A stretch of DNA of 64,000 nucleotides from Octopus vulgaris (lineage: Eukaryota). Each line of letters opens with the position of its first letter. Within the stretch, counting starts at the first letter, position 1. Below are positions 14,781-28,830 of this stretch, piece by piece. The notes under the pieces are model-generated. The model was not told where the DNA came from, searched no databases, and saw only the letters and a list, made by a program, of their open reading frames with translations. Where the stretch lies: NCBI GenBank assembly GCA_951406725.2, contig OX597817.1, positions 56,110,001-56,174,000 of the forward strand. Reading direction: 5' to 3'. A program made the position numbers and the translations under genes.

Positions 14781-14952
14781 GCTGCGTACCGGTTTTGACC
14801 ATACTCCTCCAGGTAGTATAGTCTGTGCCCAGTGTTTCAAGTTCACCAAGGGTGATTTTGCAGAGCTTCAGGGATTTCTTGAGATGATCTTTATATCGCT
14901 TCTTTGGACCGCCGTGCGGTTGGTTACCCTCTGCTAACTCCCCAAGAAGGGT
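14781..14952 (-). mobile_element. RTE-clade LINE ORF C-terminal fragment
   Basis: LLGELAEGNQPHGGPKKRYKDHLKKSLKLCKI..LETLGTDYTTWRSMVKTG matches the RTE post-RT motif. Confidence 0.8.
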
Positions 14953-15961
14953 CATTAAGCCAATAATAAACACACGTATTGGTTCTATTTCCCATCATTC
15001 GATTTTATTTGCTAAACCTAATTCAAAATTTAACGTATTATTATATTATTGCTGTTTTCAAAACCGTAAACGTTAAATATCATTACCGCGTCATTGAAAA
15101 GGTTCGTCTGGGCGCACAGTTGGTGGTGAGATCAAAACAGTGCAACGATCAGTTATTCATTAATGAATTCGTGTCATAAACGGACGATATTTCAGAATAC
15201 TGGAATATTGAAGCTAATACTATCAGCTATCGTTAGCGAACCTACTGATACGTTTTATGTATGCTTGAATGTATATATATATATATATAAAAATGTGGGA
15301 AAACGTATTTCCCAATGAATCAGGTACAACCCCTTAGCATTACATGCATCTGCATGTCGTACAGTGAAGTTTTGAAATTAATATATTTGTATATATCTAT
15401 CTAGGAATATACAAAGTATATTATAATAGAAAATAATAATAGTTCAGTTTTGGGGATTTATCAAAAATATATGTGGGTATACTATTTCAGATTAGGTAAA
15501 AAATAAAACAACGAGTATATCTGAAGGAAAAAAATCTTGGTATCTATATACACACCAAGAAATAATACTTTAAGGGTAAAACCAGTACACCAGCAGGGTA
15601 TAAAAAAATATACTTCCTTAATTATCTCCTACTTAGGTTTAAATTATCATTAGAAAGGAACAACACGTGTTTCAGTATGACGGAGGATAGTTCTGTGTTT
15701 GTGTGTGAATGTGTACACATGTATGTAAGTGTGTGCACTTGCGTGCTTGTGTGCGTGTGTGCTACCAGATATTTAAATTATAAAATTTGGAAGAGAGGTT
15801 ACATAGATATTGGGAGAAAGTGAGAGAGATAGAGAGGGGGTGAAGCAGAGAGACTGAGAAACAGAGAGAGCGAAAGAGATAACCAATCAGTAAAGACGCT
15901 CGTAAAACAGAATCAGGTTAGATGAGTTAAATACTATGACATCTCAATAAATGGCAATGTT

Positions 15962-16175
15962 CAGTTCTGCTCTAGGCACAAGGCCCGAAATTTTGGGGGA
16001 GGGGGCCAGTCGATTAGATCGACCCCAGTATGCAACTAGTACTTAATTTATCCACCCCGAAAGGATGAAAGGCAAAGTCGACCTCGAGGGAATTTGAACC
16101 CAGAACGTAAAGACAGACTCAATACCACTAAGCATTTCACCCGGCGTGCTAACGTTTCTGCCAGCTCGCCGCTTT
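15962..16175 (-). mobile_element. SINE group 1 copy. Other minus-strand copies or fragments: ~29365-29503, 29775-29905, 55340-55512, 57250-57455, 57825-58020, 58038-58195.
   Basis: Reverse complement of the group 1 consensus, with an imperfect TSD AAATGGyAATrTT. Confidence 0.85.
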
Positions 16176-16626
16176 AAAAATGGTAATATTGCTGTTTACT
16201 TAACTAGACAAGTGTAGATAAACGTAACAAGGAAGAGAAAGACAAACTTGGTAGACTGTATATATATATGTATATAATGTACTGTTCCGTGATAGAATTC
16301 AACAAAGACAGTTCGCCATCTGGTGAGAGATAAATATTATTTATTTAAAGGGCACCATACTGTATATGTCTTCACCTGTTCGAGTATTTCTCAACATATG
16401 AAACTATTAATGGCACTTAAAGACATGTTGCGTGCTTGTATTCTTTTTTCATCTACGCAATACCTGGAACCAAACTCGAGTCGTATCATCAGTTTATATT
16501 TGGCATGTTCTCAGCACAGGAAACTATTAGAAGCACATAAAAATCCTGTATTGTTTCTGTTAAAATATGTCTCACCATATAGAATGCTTTTTTGTTGATC
16601 TTATCATTGCGAAACAGTAGACTTTA

Positions 16627-16769
<143 letters not shown>

Positions 16770-16828
16770 TTATATACATATATATATATATATATACATA
16801 TATATTTGTATATATATACATATATATT

Positions 16829-16899
<71 letters not shown>

Positions 16900-17149
16900 C
16901 TCACTGTGAACCCAATATTATGTTAGCTAGCCAGTCTTGGGGACCTCAGTCTTGATGCGCCTAGATTCTAATGATTCCTGTAACTAAACCCTCTAGCTTT
17001 CTCTCCCTCTCTCTCTTTCTCTTTCAATCTCTCTCTCTCTCCATATATATTTATCTATGTATATGTATATATACGCTTACATACGTGCATACACGTATAC
17101 ACACACACACGCACACACACACACACACACTATCTTCTCTACTCCACTA

Positions 17150-17400
17150 TTCCTGGAAGTGTCATAGGGTTAGAAACTTCAGGCACCTCTTCAACAGAGT
17201 CCTATCAGAATCAACCATTATTACACTTTCCCATTGGGTTCCCAAGCGTGACCAAATGAAGCTATGAATATTATCGAACCATCTCGTTCTTGGTCGACCC
17301 CTGTGTCTCCTGCCGTTTGGCTCGGCTTGAAGAATCCGTCTTGCGATTCTTCCAAGTCCTTATGCCCGTCGCAACGAAGCTGTGACCTCTCTCAGTGCCA
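17150..17400 (-). mobile_element. RTE-clade (Expander/Rex3-like) LINE 3' fragment
   Basis: Manual translation: ERSQLRCDGH..GRIARRILQAEPNGRRHRGRPRTRWFDNIHSFIWSRLG..DRTLLKRCL. Confidence 0.8.
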
Positions 17401-17946
17401 TACATTGCTTCCACATTTAAATACATAATGAGGAGCAATAATTTTTGTTTATTGTGCAGAAGATCGGCAGGTGGCAGATGGTGTGGACAGCTGGAGGCCG
17501 TAGCACGCTTAGCCGTTATCTTTCTTCGCTGCAGGGGGTAAACTTTCCCTTCTATCCATGAAGGGTCAGTAACATAAACGCAGTGGATTGAATCATTCGT
17601 TTATAAACACTCCCCTAATACTACCACCACCGCCTTCACCACGGCTATCCCAAACAGTGTGAATTTAAACTAATGTTTGATAGGTTGTTTATACTGTTAT
17701 GAAATTTCACTCTTATTATTATTAAAGGAAATGGTGCAGAGGCAGAATGTTTAGGGCATCGGACACATATGCCATGCGGCATTTGTTCCGGCCCTTAACG
17801 TTCTGAGCTCAAATCTCACAGAGCCGAGGTATGCTTTTCATTCTTAGGGACTCTATAGCATAAAGTACCAGTCAAGTACTGGGGCCGATACTATCGTTTC
17901 ACTCTGTTGCCTGAAACTTACTGGTCATTTGCCTAAATCAGAAACC

Positions 17947-18008
<62 letters not shown>

Positions 18009-18042
18009 CATTATTATTATCAGCAGCAGCATCCTCATCCTC

Positions 18043-18093
<51 letters not shown>

Positions 18094-18248
18094 CTTCAAA
18101 TACTGTCGGGATTGGCTTTTCCCTTCATCCTTTTGATAGCGATAAAATAGATACCAGTTGAATACTGGCTCAATGTAATCGACTAGCGCCCCTCCTAAAA
18201 TTTTCCTGGCTTTGTGTTTATAATGGAAAGGGTTGTTACTATTATTAA

Positions 18249-18323
<75 letters not shown>

Positions 18324-21018
18324 CATCATCATTATTAATATTGAAGTTGCTATATGTGATGTTGTGGTCTTCATACTTTCTTCAAATTTGGTTGCAAAAA
18401 TAAGAACATCTTTGTTTTTTTTGTTTTGTTTGTTTTTTTCGCCTTACACGTAATGAACGCACATTTGAGATTATTACAAAATGAAAGCTGACAGGCTATA
18501 AATTAATTAAGTTGTTTAATATTGCAACCTGTCAGGAGAGTGTGTGTAGAGATTAAAAATGGCATCCAGGTGTATAATAAATAAATAATCAAACAGGTGA
18601 TAAAAGTATGATGAAGCTCGTTAATTCTATTTTGATGTCTTCTCGGACACGACAGTTTCCTCAAGCTTTGTTCACCATAGTTGTCACTAGTTGCTATAGA
18701 GGTGGCTCAGCCCTCCTAGTTGTAGCTAGTAACCATGGTGTGCTGAAGATCAACAATGTTAGGAACGGAAACCTTGAGTATCTGCAGGATATTTTATTTG
18801 TAGTTGTTTAATCCCAGATAGACCCTGAACTCGTGAACCTACGATAAAATCTGTTCCAGCTACGACCAATCTATGTTTTAACGTATGAGTGACTACTTTA
18901 CCCGCTGTATTTTTACTTTCATTTTTCAAGAAGGTGGGGACTTTGCCGTGAAAGATAGCAGGTATAGCGTCCATGCAGAGATTTCCTCAAAGAGAGTAAG
19001 GTTCTGTAAAAATGGCGGTTAAGTGTATATCAGTCGACTCAATGATGAGGGTGAATGCTTGCACCAACGTTGTTGTAATTGCTGTCTGTCGAAAGGTGCT
19101 GGATCCTGTGTCTGAGAAAGCATGTATCTTTGATAATGTGCCGTGCTTACCTCAAATGGTAATATAATTAGCATTCTTTGATAATTAGCAGATATTATCA
19201 CATTTTCGGGGATAAGTTAGATTATTAATATTCAAGCAGTTGACCTCATTTATAGATACGTGCAGGTTCGATTTTTACTGATTATTTATTAATCAATACA
19301 GAAAAGGAATTACAAGAAAGCAATAAGTATAACAAAACACCAGGTGTAGCTGGCTCAGTAGGTAGAATGACAGGCTACATAGTGAAGAGTTCGTTTCTCG
19401 TTGCTGACACAGCAAATACCGCCTAATTCCTAATGTATTTGATTTTTAAATGGTTAATCCCACATGTAAACAGATATCGTAATAGGACTTCTGATCCAGT
19501 CTAGTTTTAAGTAGATGTCATCTAGTGGTTCACTTTTTTAAGGCCTCTTCTTGCGTGGTAAGGAGTTTGCTAACTAACTACACGGTTCCAGGTTCAGTTC
19601 CACTGCGTGGCACGTTGGACAAGTGTTTTCTACTATAGACTTGGGCTGACCAAAGCTTTATGAGTAGATTTTGTAACCGGAAAATGAATGAAGCCAGTTG
19701 CTAATATATATATATCTATGTGTATGTAAATATGTATGTATGTATGTGAGTGTGTGTGTGTGTATATATATATATATGCGTGTATGTGTCTTTGTGCATG
19801 TGTTTGGTACACACCACCACCTGACAACCGGTGTTCGTTTGTTTACGTTCCCTAACCAAAAGAGACCGAAACAATAAGTACCAGGCTTTAAAAGTAAAAA
19901 TAAGTACCGGAGTCGATTTGTTTGACTATAAACTGTTCAAGGCGGTGCCCCAGCATGGCCGCAATCCAATGACTGAAACAAGAAAAAGATAAATGATCAA
20001 AGATATTGTGTTGTAAATAGGTACCATGAGGTGGTGAATATACAAAACGACAATAAATATGCGTGAAGTCATCACGTGTCTGTAATAAGTCATTAAGTGA
20101 GATATAGATATGTTGTGAGTTCAAATTCCGCCGAGGTCGACGTTGCCTTTTATCCTTTCGGGGTAGATAAATTAAGTACCAGTGAAACATTGGGGTCGGT
20201 GTAATTGACTAGCCCCCACCCCCTCAAAATTTCAGGCCTTGTGCCTATAGTAGAAAGGATTAAGTGAGAGATAGAAATATGGACTGGATGACAAAAGACA
20301 GCAAATGGTATGGAAGTTATTAAGTAATAGTAAATACGTCAGTTACGGGGGTAAGTAGATCGTAAGGTCTGTTAAAGGTATTAGTCTCAGTCGACTAATT
20401 TTATATCACAGTACTATATCGTGTTACTCAGATAACAATTTTTGTCATGACTTTCAAATAGCGTAAAAATCCGGGAGGAGAAGGAAAGAAAGAAGGAAAC
20501 TGAAAGGGAGAGTAAATGACAGAGTTTGACGATCTATGAATTTTTTCGTTATTTTTCATAAGAGCCAAGAAATTCGATAACTAAATTACAATTCTTGCAT
20601 GAATGCCATATTTTCTATTATCCACGGTGGCATATTTTCTATTATCCTATAACGGATAACCGAAAATTGCTTATATTTCTAATGCTGTAGACTCCACCGG
20701 ATTGAACGGTAATGCTTAGGTGTCGAAAACGTCGTGATATTTGCTAGGGCAGCTGATGACGGGAAAAAAAACATATGTTCTGCTCCATTTTTGATTCTTG
20801 TACAGTGGAAAGTGTTTGTGGATCCATAGTCTGTGGGAATCGCTTATTCTGGCATTTTTAATTTTCTTCATGAATAACCTAACTAGGCTTGGACAAGGGT
20901 TACATGCTGGTGTTTAGTTATGGTAGGTTCTCTGGTATACATACGTGGGTGTATAAGTATTTTTATATATCAATATGCGTGTGTCTGTGTGCACGTGTAT
21001 GTATAAATAAATATATAC

Positions 21019-21102
<84 letters not shown>

Positions 21103-21258
21103 ATACACATATATAGTCATTGCACGGTGATCGCCATAAGCTTTAAGCTTATATAAATATGCCATTATTATTATTTACAGGATTGTAAAACACGGAACCA
21201 TATAACAAAACCTTCGCTTCTAAAGCATATATATACATACATATATGTATATACATAC

Positions 21259-21289
<31 letters not shown>

Positions 21290-21381
21290 CATATATGGGC
21301 GCCTATATGTATACGTATACATAATTACATAAATAAGTATTCGCAGGTATTATATTTTTGTTGTCTACACATATAAATGCA

Positions 21382-21416
<35 letters not shown>

Positions 21417-22098
21417 ATATGTTTATGTAAAGACTAAATAATGTAATGTTTTTCTGTTCCATCCATCTTGTCTTGTAGGACTGCATTGAATATAACTTTT
21501 TCTTCCATTTTTGTCTTTGTAGATTCAAAAGGAGAGATCTGGTGTTACCCTCAGCAGCATCGTCAATAGGAATCGCAGCATCCCCATCGTTTCTATTCCA
21601 TCCATCCCCAAGAATTCATACAGACCGTCAGACCAATGTCCAGCTTGCTGTATAAATACGATGTGTGACCTATCCTGGTTGAAGATTTACAGGAATTAAT
21701 CTTAAGTGATTCTTGGATTATCCTTAGTTTTATTCTAATTATTAGATGAATTATGGTGATGAAATGGTAGAATCGTTAGCGAGTCGAACAAAATGCTTAG
21801 CGGCATTTCGTTCGTCTTTAAGTTCGGAGTTCAAATCCTGTCGAGGTCAACTTTGTCTTTCATCTTTTCGGGGCTGATAAAATCATGGTACCCGTAAATT
21901 ACTAGGGTTGATTAATCGACATGCCCCCTCCCCTTAAACTAAGTGGCCTTGTGCCAAGATTAGAGGCATAATTAAATGAAATGGCAAAATCGGTACAGTA
22001 TCGGATTAATGTCCTTAAAGTATTCAGGTATGGTCATTCACGTTGTGGTTTCGAATCCAACATTAGTCGATTCAGCCTTTCGCATTTCCTCTCTGCAA

Positions 22099-22169
<71 letters not shown>

Positions 22170-22355
22170 CAGCAACAACGACAATAATAATCTGGTACTG
22201 CTCTTATGAAATTGTTTAAGATAATAGGTTTGCCGATTCGGTAGAGCGTCAAACAAAATCTCCTTTGGGGTTTTTAGATACAACCGTGTACGTTCTGAGT
22301 TCAACTCTTGCCGTTGTTAGCTTTGTCTTTCCTTCTGCGGTCGATTATATAAAAA

Positions 22356-22740
22356 GTGGAGGCGCAATGGCCCAGTAGTTAGGGCAGCGGACTCGCGGTA
22401 ATAGGATCGCGGTTTCGATTCCTAGACCGGGCGTTGTGGGTGTTTATTGAGCGAAAACACCTTAAACCTCCACGAGGCTCCGGCAGTGGGTGGTGGCGAA
22501 CCCTGTTATACACATTTACCACAACTTTCTCTCACTCTTTTTTCCTGTTTCTGTTGTACCTGGATTTCAAAGGCTGCCAGCCTTGTCACACTCTGTGTCA
22601 CGCTGAATCTTCTCCGAGAAGTACATTAAGGGTACACGTATCTATGGAGTGCTCAGCCACATGCACGCTAATTTCACGAGCAGGCTGTTCCGTTGCTCGG
22701 ATCACTTGGAACCATCGTCGTCGTAACCGACGGAGTGCCT
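22356..22740 (+). mobile_element. SINE group 3, body A plus tail 2
   Basis: Same head and body as 12824, with a tail ending CGTAACCGACGGAGTGCC. Confidence 0.85.
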
Positions 22741-22999
22741 CGCTATGTAAAGTACTTGACGAGTACGGGGAAATATAATCGTCAGGAATTATTATGTTAT
22801 GGAGGCAGTGGATTGAAATATAAGAAATATTGTCTTGAATTGGATATTCTGGTCTTTTTAAGTCGTCTGGCCAAATTCCACCAAGGTCTACTTTGCCTTT
22901 CATCGCTCCACGGTGAATAAACTATGAACGCGGTTTTGGAAATATATAGAAAACAACGCATTGGACTTTTGGATCACACTTTCTTGCTCCACCGATCAG

Positions 23000-23047
<48 letters not shown>

Positions 23048-23679
23048 TCAGCTCTAAACTGATTCAGAACAACACACGACTCACTGAAGATAATGAATCC
23101 TGGACTGTTGCGATAGGGTTCACGGGGCAAATTCGTCTCAGTCTGCAGTGTAGGGACTTATCTGTGTCTCCTTTAACTATGCGTGGTGGTGTTTTGGTGG
23201 AGTGTTAATATATGGAACGGGAGGAAACTGATGATGGTGTGCAGAGTTGATAAGTGGTTCAAAGGTGAATTCATAGAAGAGTTTCGGTGTAAATTTTTAT
23301 GATTGAAGAATATTAGCCTTGGTCTGGCAACGAGGAAGAGAGAGAAGGAGGGAGGGAGATAGAGAAGGAGAGAGAGAGAAGGAGAGAGATAGAGAAGGAG
23401 AGAGGTGGGAGAAAGAGAGATGGAGAAAGAGGGAGAGAGAGAGAGAGAGGAAGCGGTGTTGTAGTTTGGTTTGTACTTTTTGTTCGTCGCCATTTAAACT
23501 AAGACTATTTGCACGTCCCAAATTATTGATTCGATTCCCAGCATAATCGATTGGGTGTGTGTATGGGAGGGTGTATGCGTGCGTGAAAATGAATTCGCAC
23601 AGAAACATAATTTTTTGTCTCCTTCGCAGACACAAATCGTGTGTGGGAATTTCGTTGCGAACGTTCCCTCTGCAAGAAA

Positions 23680-23992
23680 ATTACTGCGCGGAGCTGCTGA
23701 GTACGGTAGCCAATACGCGTTATAATACTGTATAGATCCACAAACTACGGTAACCAGAACACGTCATATCATTACTACGTTGGAGCCACATACTGACATG
23801 GTCAGCACATGTTCTATTGCAGTTTGTGGCCACTGACCACAATACCCAGTACATCGAGCGGATCCAGTGACTACATTGGTCAGTAAACGTCAGATTACTG
23901 CGTAAATCCACTGACTACGATAGTCAATAAGCGGCATATCACTGTGTAGTTCCACCGACTACGGTAGCCTCTACGCATCATATTACTGTGTG
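23680..23992. repeat. Degenerate ~44-bp minisatellite, about 7 units
   Basis: Recurring unit like ATTACTGyGTAGATCCACTGACTACGGTAGCCAATACGCGTCAT. Confidence 0.7.
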
Positions 23993-24807
23993 AAGAGACC
24001 GAGAAAAATGCATAAAACATTCCTGTCTGTGAATCAGAATATTCCTGCAGGGGCAAACAATTCGAACCTTGGAAGTATATCAGGGAATGTATTCATACAA
24101 TATGACAAGTGCGTGAAACATTAATGGAACATCAGATGAAGTTATGTGTTATGGGCAGGGGCAGTAGCCGCAGCAGCAGCAGCGGTTGCAGTACATCAGT
24201 TGCTGTTTAATCCCGGTGATTTATGCAGTTTATGTGCGCCTTCCGCGAACTTATTTCAGACTTTTGCCTCTGCCGGTGGCTATACATCAATTTTGTGTGA
24301 CATTTCCGGCGGTCAAAAAGAGTGATGTCGACATACAAATGTATTATCCGATGTCTTGGTTCTTACATTAGGAGCTTTAACTCTCGTTCTCTCTCGTTCC
24401 CTCTCGTTCCCTCTCCCTTTCTCTCTCAAGAGATCTGGTGGAGTTTCCTTCGGAATTATTCCCCAACATTAGACGCAACCCGAGGGGAAATAAATAAATA
24501 TATATGTATATAAACAAAAACAAAAGACAAAAAATTAAAATGATAGAGAAAAGAATTTGTGTAGCCGGCTGTCTAGTGGTACCGAATAAAAACAATCTAC
24601 ATCGAAGAGAAGAAAGCCAGTTGGCAACAGAATTAATCATGCAGACATTGCTCCCTTGGCACAGATATAAGACGACGGATGTGTTAAGTTAACAATGACA
24701 CAACAACATATTATGAGTCACCTTCAGATAAACTCTTTCATGAAACTGACTGTACACACACAGGAGAGTTATACACACACACAGAACGAACTACATATAT
24801 GCGGTAG

Positions 24808-24843
<36 letters not shown>

Positions 24844-25136
24844 ACGAAAGCTATACACAGGGTACACAGAGAACAGCGGTGGTACGCGTAGGGCAGTTCT
24901 ACGGAGAAGGTTTATATTTGTGTGGCGTTGTGTCAATGGTATCGATGCCGTAGACTTGGAACACGACGCTTATCTACGATCAGCTGTGAATGTCGTGGAT
25001 GGTGAAACGGTGAAAATAAATACCGAGGGAATAAGTTTGAGCCACACACCGCAGGCATGATCCACAGAATTTGATCGGTACGAGTAAATCTCAGATCAGC
25101 AGGACAGATCTCTCTCTCTCTTTCTCCTTCTCTCTT

Positions 25137-25179
<43 letters not shown>

Positions 25180-25220
25180 TTCTCACTCCTCCTCAATCTT
25201 TTCCAATGTAAATATATATG

Positions 25221-25253
<33 letters not shown>

Positions 25254-25542
25254 ATACATACACACAAGGGCACGCATACACGCACATATGTATGGATTAT
25301 AAGTATGTATTTGTGAATATATATATATATGTGTGTGTGTATGTGTGTGTTTGTGTTTATATATATATATATATATTTATATATACATACACACACACAT
25401 ACAGAGAGGGACATAGACAGACAAACAGACAGACAGATAGACAGACAGATAGTTTGCGATATACAGAAGGAATAACAAAGATAAGATCATAACATCTATG
25501 TTCAAAGGGACTCCAATGAATATGGTACACACGCACACACAC

Positions 25543-25579
<37 letters not shown>

Positions 25580-26715
25580 TAATTGCACACAGGAAAGATT
25601 TCACAATAATTTACTCGTAGTGACATACTGAAAGCTGTTAGTCTCTAGGTATTGTCTCACTTAAAATAAAGGAACCGACACAGCACAACTCCTAAATGAA
25701 TGGAGGAAGTGCTCAATCCCTCATCCTAGAGCCTCATATTGTTAGAGAAGAAAAAAAAATTGTTTGGTAGCTCCTAATTTCACTGGTGGCCGTTTTCATC
25801 ATATGTGTGAGTGTTTGTATGTGTGTATGTGTGTGTGTGCGTGTGTATGTGTGTGTGCGTGTGTATGTGTGTGTGTATGTGTGTGTAGTTATGTCTCACT
25901 GGCAGGAGTCAGTGGAATAGAAATGGTTAACGTGTACATGTGTGTGTATGTGTGTATGTATGTGTGGAGGGGCACGTGGGTTGCTGTATGTGTGCTTACT
26001 TTTCTACAGTTGTATATATGCACAGACCCGTGTAAAGTTATTTTCATCACATATACACACACAGTCCCATAGTCGTATCGTATCTTCCTTCATAACATTT
26101 TGTATGAGAATCAGTAAGACAGCGAGCTGGCAGAATCGTTACCGCGCCGGGCAAAATGCTTCAAGGCATTTCGTTCGTGGTTACGTTCTGAGTTCAAATT
26201 TCGCCGAGGTCGGTGTTGTCTTTTTTATCCTTTCATTGTTGATAAAAGAAGTGGTTGTTAATCGATTTACCCCGTCCTCCGAAATTGCTGGCCTTGTGCT
26301 AATATTTGAAACCGATAGAGGAATCAATTAAAACATCGATATGGTTCAGTCAGCCAGGGGCGAAGGCACGCAGCGAAATGAATAAATATTAGCTACGGGA
26401 TGGTGTAAGGGAGATAACTGTTGTTCGTATAATTCGTGTTTAGCCCAGAGACAACTTTCACCTAAAGTTTGTAGGAGAAAAAAAAACAATTGGAGGGGAA
26501 AAATGGGGTTAAAAAACGTTGCCTTTGATACATGAAAGATTATTTAAAGTGGGAAAAAAATAAATAGTAAAAAAAGAAAATGGGTTTTTAATAAATTTTT
26601 CAAAGAAAAATGCAAAAGTAGGTTTCGTTAATGGTGAATCTTCACAGGTTAAAGTAATCTACGGTTGTGTGAATGTGTGTGTGTGTGTGTTTATGTGCGT
26701 GTGCGTATGTAAATA

Positions 26716-26783
<68 letters not shown>

Positions 26784-26788
<5 letters not shown>

Positions 26789-26910
26789 TAGAACCTCGGT
26801 TTCCGAACAACTCTGGTCACGAATATATCGTACTGTATCTCCTATCTTTCTCATATTCATTTAATACAGTAGTACCTCGATTTATAAACGCCCCTGATCA
26901 CAAATAAATC
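26784..26910. mobile_element. pogo/Tigger-like terminal fragments
   Basis: TA-CAGTAGAACCTCG (26784) and TA-CAGTAGTACCTCG (26865), with an inverted TACTG-TA at ~26831. Confidence 0.4.
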
Positions 26911-26922
26911 ATGCTTTATATA

Positions 26923-27016
<94 letters not shown>

Positions 27017-27039
27017 AACACACACACACACACACATGT

Positions 27040-27600
27040 AGGATGCTTCTGTTAGCTGAGTGCTCTCCTTATTGGTCACTTCTACCAGTTGCTAGCCTGT
27101 CCCACTAGAATCTTCTCTTTGCAATCAGTTGCAGAATGTCTTCATAGCTCATAGGGTCCACCTCTAAGATTGTCCAGCATTTGGTTGAGTGTTCGTTAAG
27201 CGTTGGCCGAATGTTAGCGCTAAATAGGAAACGAGTGGCCTTCCAATTTCCAGGCTAAACCCTTTTAGTCTTTTCTTGCTTCTTGCTTCATTATAATCGT
27301 TGTCTAATCAAGAACATTCCTTAGAAAACTTATTTCTACGCTTATCTTGTAATGATATCGCAAATGTAGACCGCAAGAATAGCGTTTCAAAATCTTATAA
27401 TCTTTGATTCTGATCAGATTTTCGCTTCCACATTTCTGAATTGTAGGTTCGGATTCTTCGCATAAACACGTTGACCAGTTAAACCTTGTGTTGCTGGCTA
27501 ATAGCTGTCCTATTCATGACTGTGGTCTTTTAGCATTCCAAATAGTTTTGACACTAGCAAGACACGTTTCTAAACCACCTCAGTTCCGTGCGGTGCAATA
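27040..27600 (-). mobile_element. Highly decayed RTE-like fragment, possibly the same element as 28555-28830
   Basis: FETLFLRSTFAISLQDKRRN resembles the RTE FExxxLRxIxxISLxDKIRN motif. The rest is poorly readable. Confidence 0.4.
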
Positions 27601-27816
27601 CTGCTGAGATAATACAAACTCTATAACATATTTCATATTTCATAACCATCCCACGTAATCACTTCTCCGCCATGTCACATCATCCTCCGCTCTAAGTCAT
27701 TTGTTTCCTTGTCTCAGTTTTTCTTCAGGTTTCGTCAAACCGTTCGGTCATTATTATCAACTTGTCAATTCTTGTGAGTATTAGGTTTGCTGTTGTTAAT
27801 AGATCTGTTGTTGCTG

Positions 27817-28045
<229 letters not shown>

Positions 28046-28060
28046 TATCACTGCAGTTGT

Positions 28061-28347
28061 GTGAAGGCTCATGGTTTATTGGTCAAGGTATTGAGCTGAC
28101 GATCGCAAGGTCATGAGTTCAATTCCCGGCGACGCGTTGTGTCCTTGAGCAAGACACTTAATTTCGCGTTTGCTCCAGTTCACTCAACTGGCAAAAGTGA
28201 GTTGTACCAGTAATTCAAAGGGTCAGCCTTGTGACATTCTGTATTGCCTTGTATCCCCTTGAGAACTACGTTAAGGGGACACGTTAATTTCACAATCAGG
28301 CTGTTCCACTGATCGGGTCATCTGGAAACCTTGTCGTAACCGACAGG
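28061..28347 (+). mobile_element. SINE group 3, body B plus tail 2
   Basis: Body as in 10411 (GTTGTGTCCTTGAGCAAGACACTT..CTCCAGTTCACTCA). Tail as in 22356. Confidence 0.82.
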
Positions 28348-28554
28348 TTTTATCCTTGAAATATTCAAACCCTGATAGACTAGATCCATGATTAATCATT
28401 ACATCCATAACCAATCGTAATTCATTGTCTACCTAGGGCAACATTACACAGTATGTCATTCTGTAAATCATACACAAAAAAAGTTTTGCTATTATTTCTA
28501 GTATTTCAAGCGACCACATAGAAGTGGCTTCTGAGGCCGGAATGTGTATTCAGT

Positions 28555-28830
28555 CTCACTCAAGTATGCTGTGTCACCAACATATCTGATATCCATGAGA
28601 GGGATTCAATGCCACTCCTATAATCTAAGTTCTGGCATCTCTCATGACAAATTCTTCGAATGTATCATAGACATTGGAGTGAGTATGGCCAATGTGTCTT
28701 CAAACATTCCCTCTTCGAAACCAATACTTCAGCTGCCCACCCACCACGATGCCACACAGAGGATTTTTGTAGAGCGCTTCTATAATTCGCATTATTTTGG
28801 TGCCAACACTTCCAAAGGCCCTTACAAAGA
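28555..28830 (-). mobile_element. Decayed RTE-like reverse transcriptase fragment
   Basis: KIMRIIEALYKNPLCGIVVGGQLKYWF..ILTPM..TFEEFVMR..MDIRYVGDT (degenerate YADD motif). Confidence 0.65.

Noticed and set aside
20720-20765. GAAAACGTC...CTGATGA, a hammerhead-like order
   Set aside because: No stem II can form without using core bases, and stem I is poor.
21500-21700. Acceptor-like TTTGTAG followed by a 58-codon open frame
   Set aside because: The peptide is unrecognisable and has no supporting partner exon.
23680-23992. Possible CRISPR-like array
   Set aside because: The units are degenerate along their whole length with no repeat/spacer alternation, in a eukaryotic context with no cas genes.
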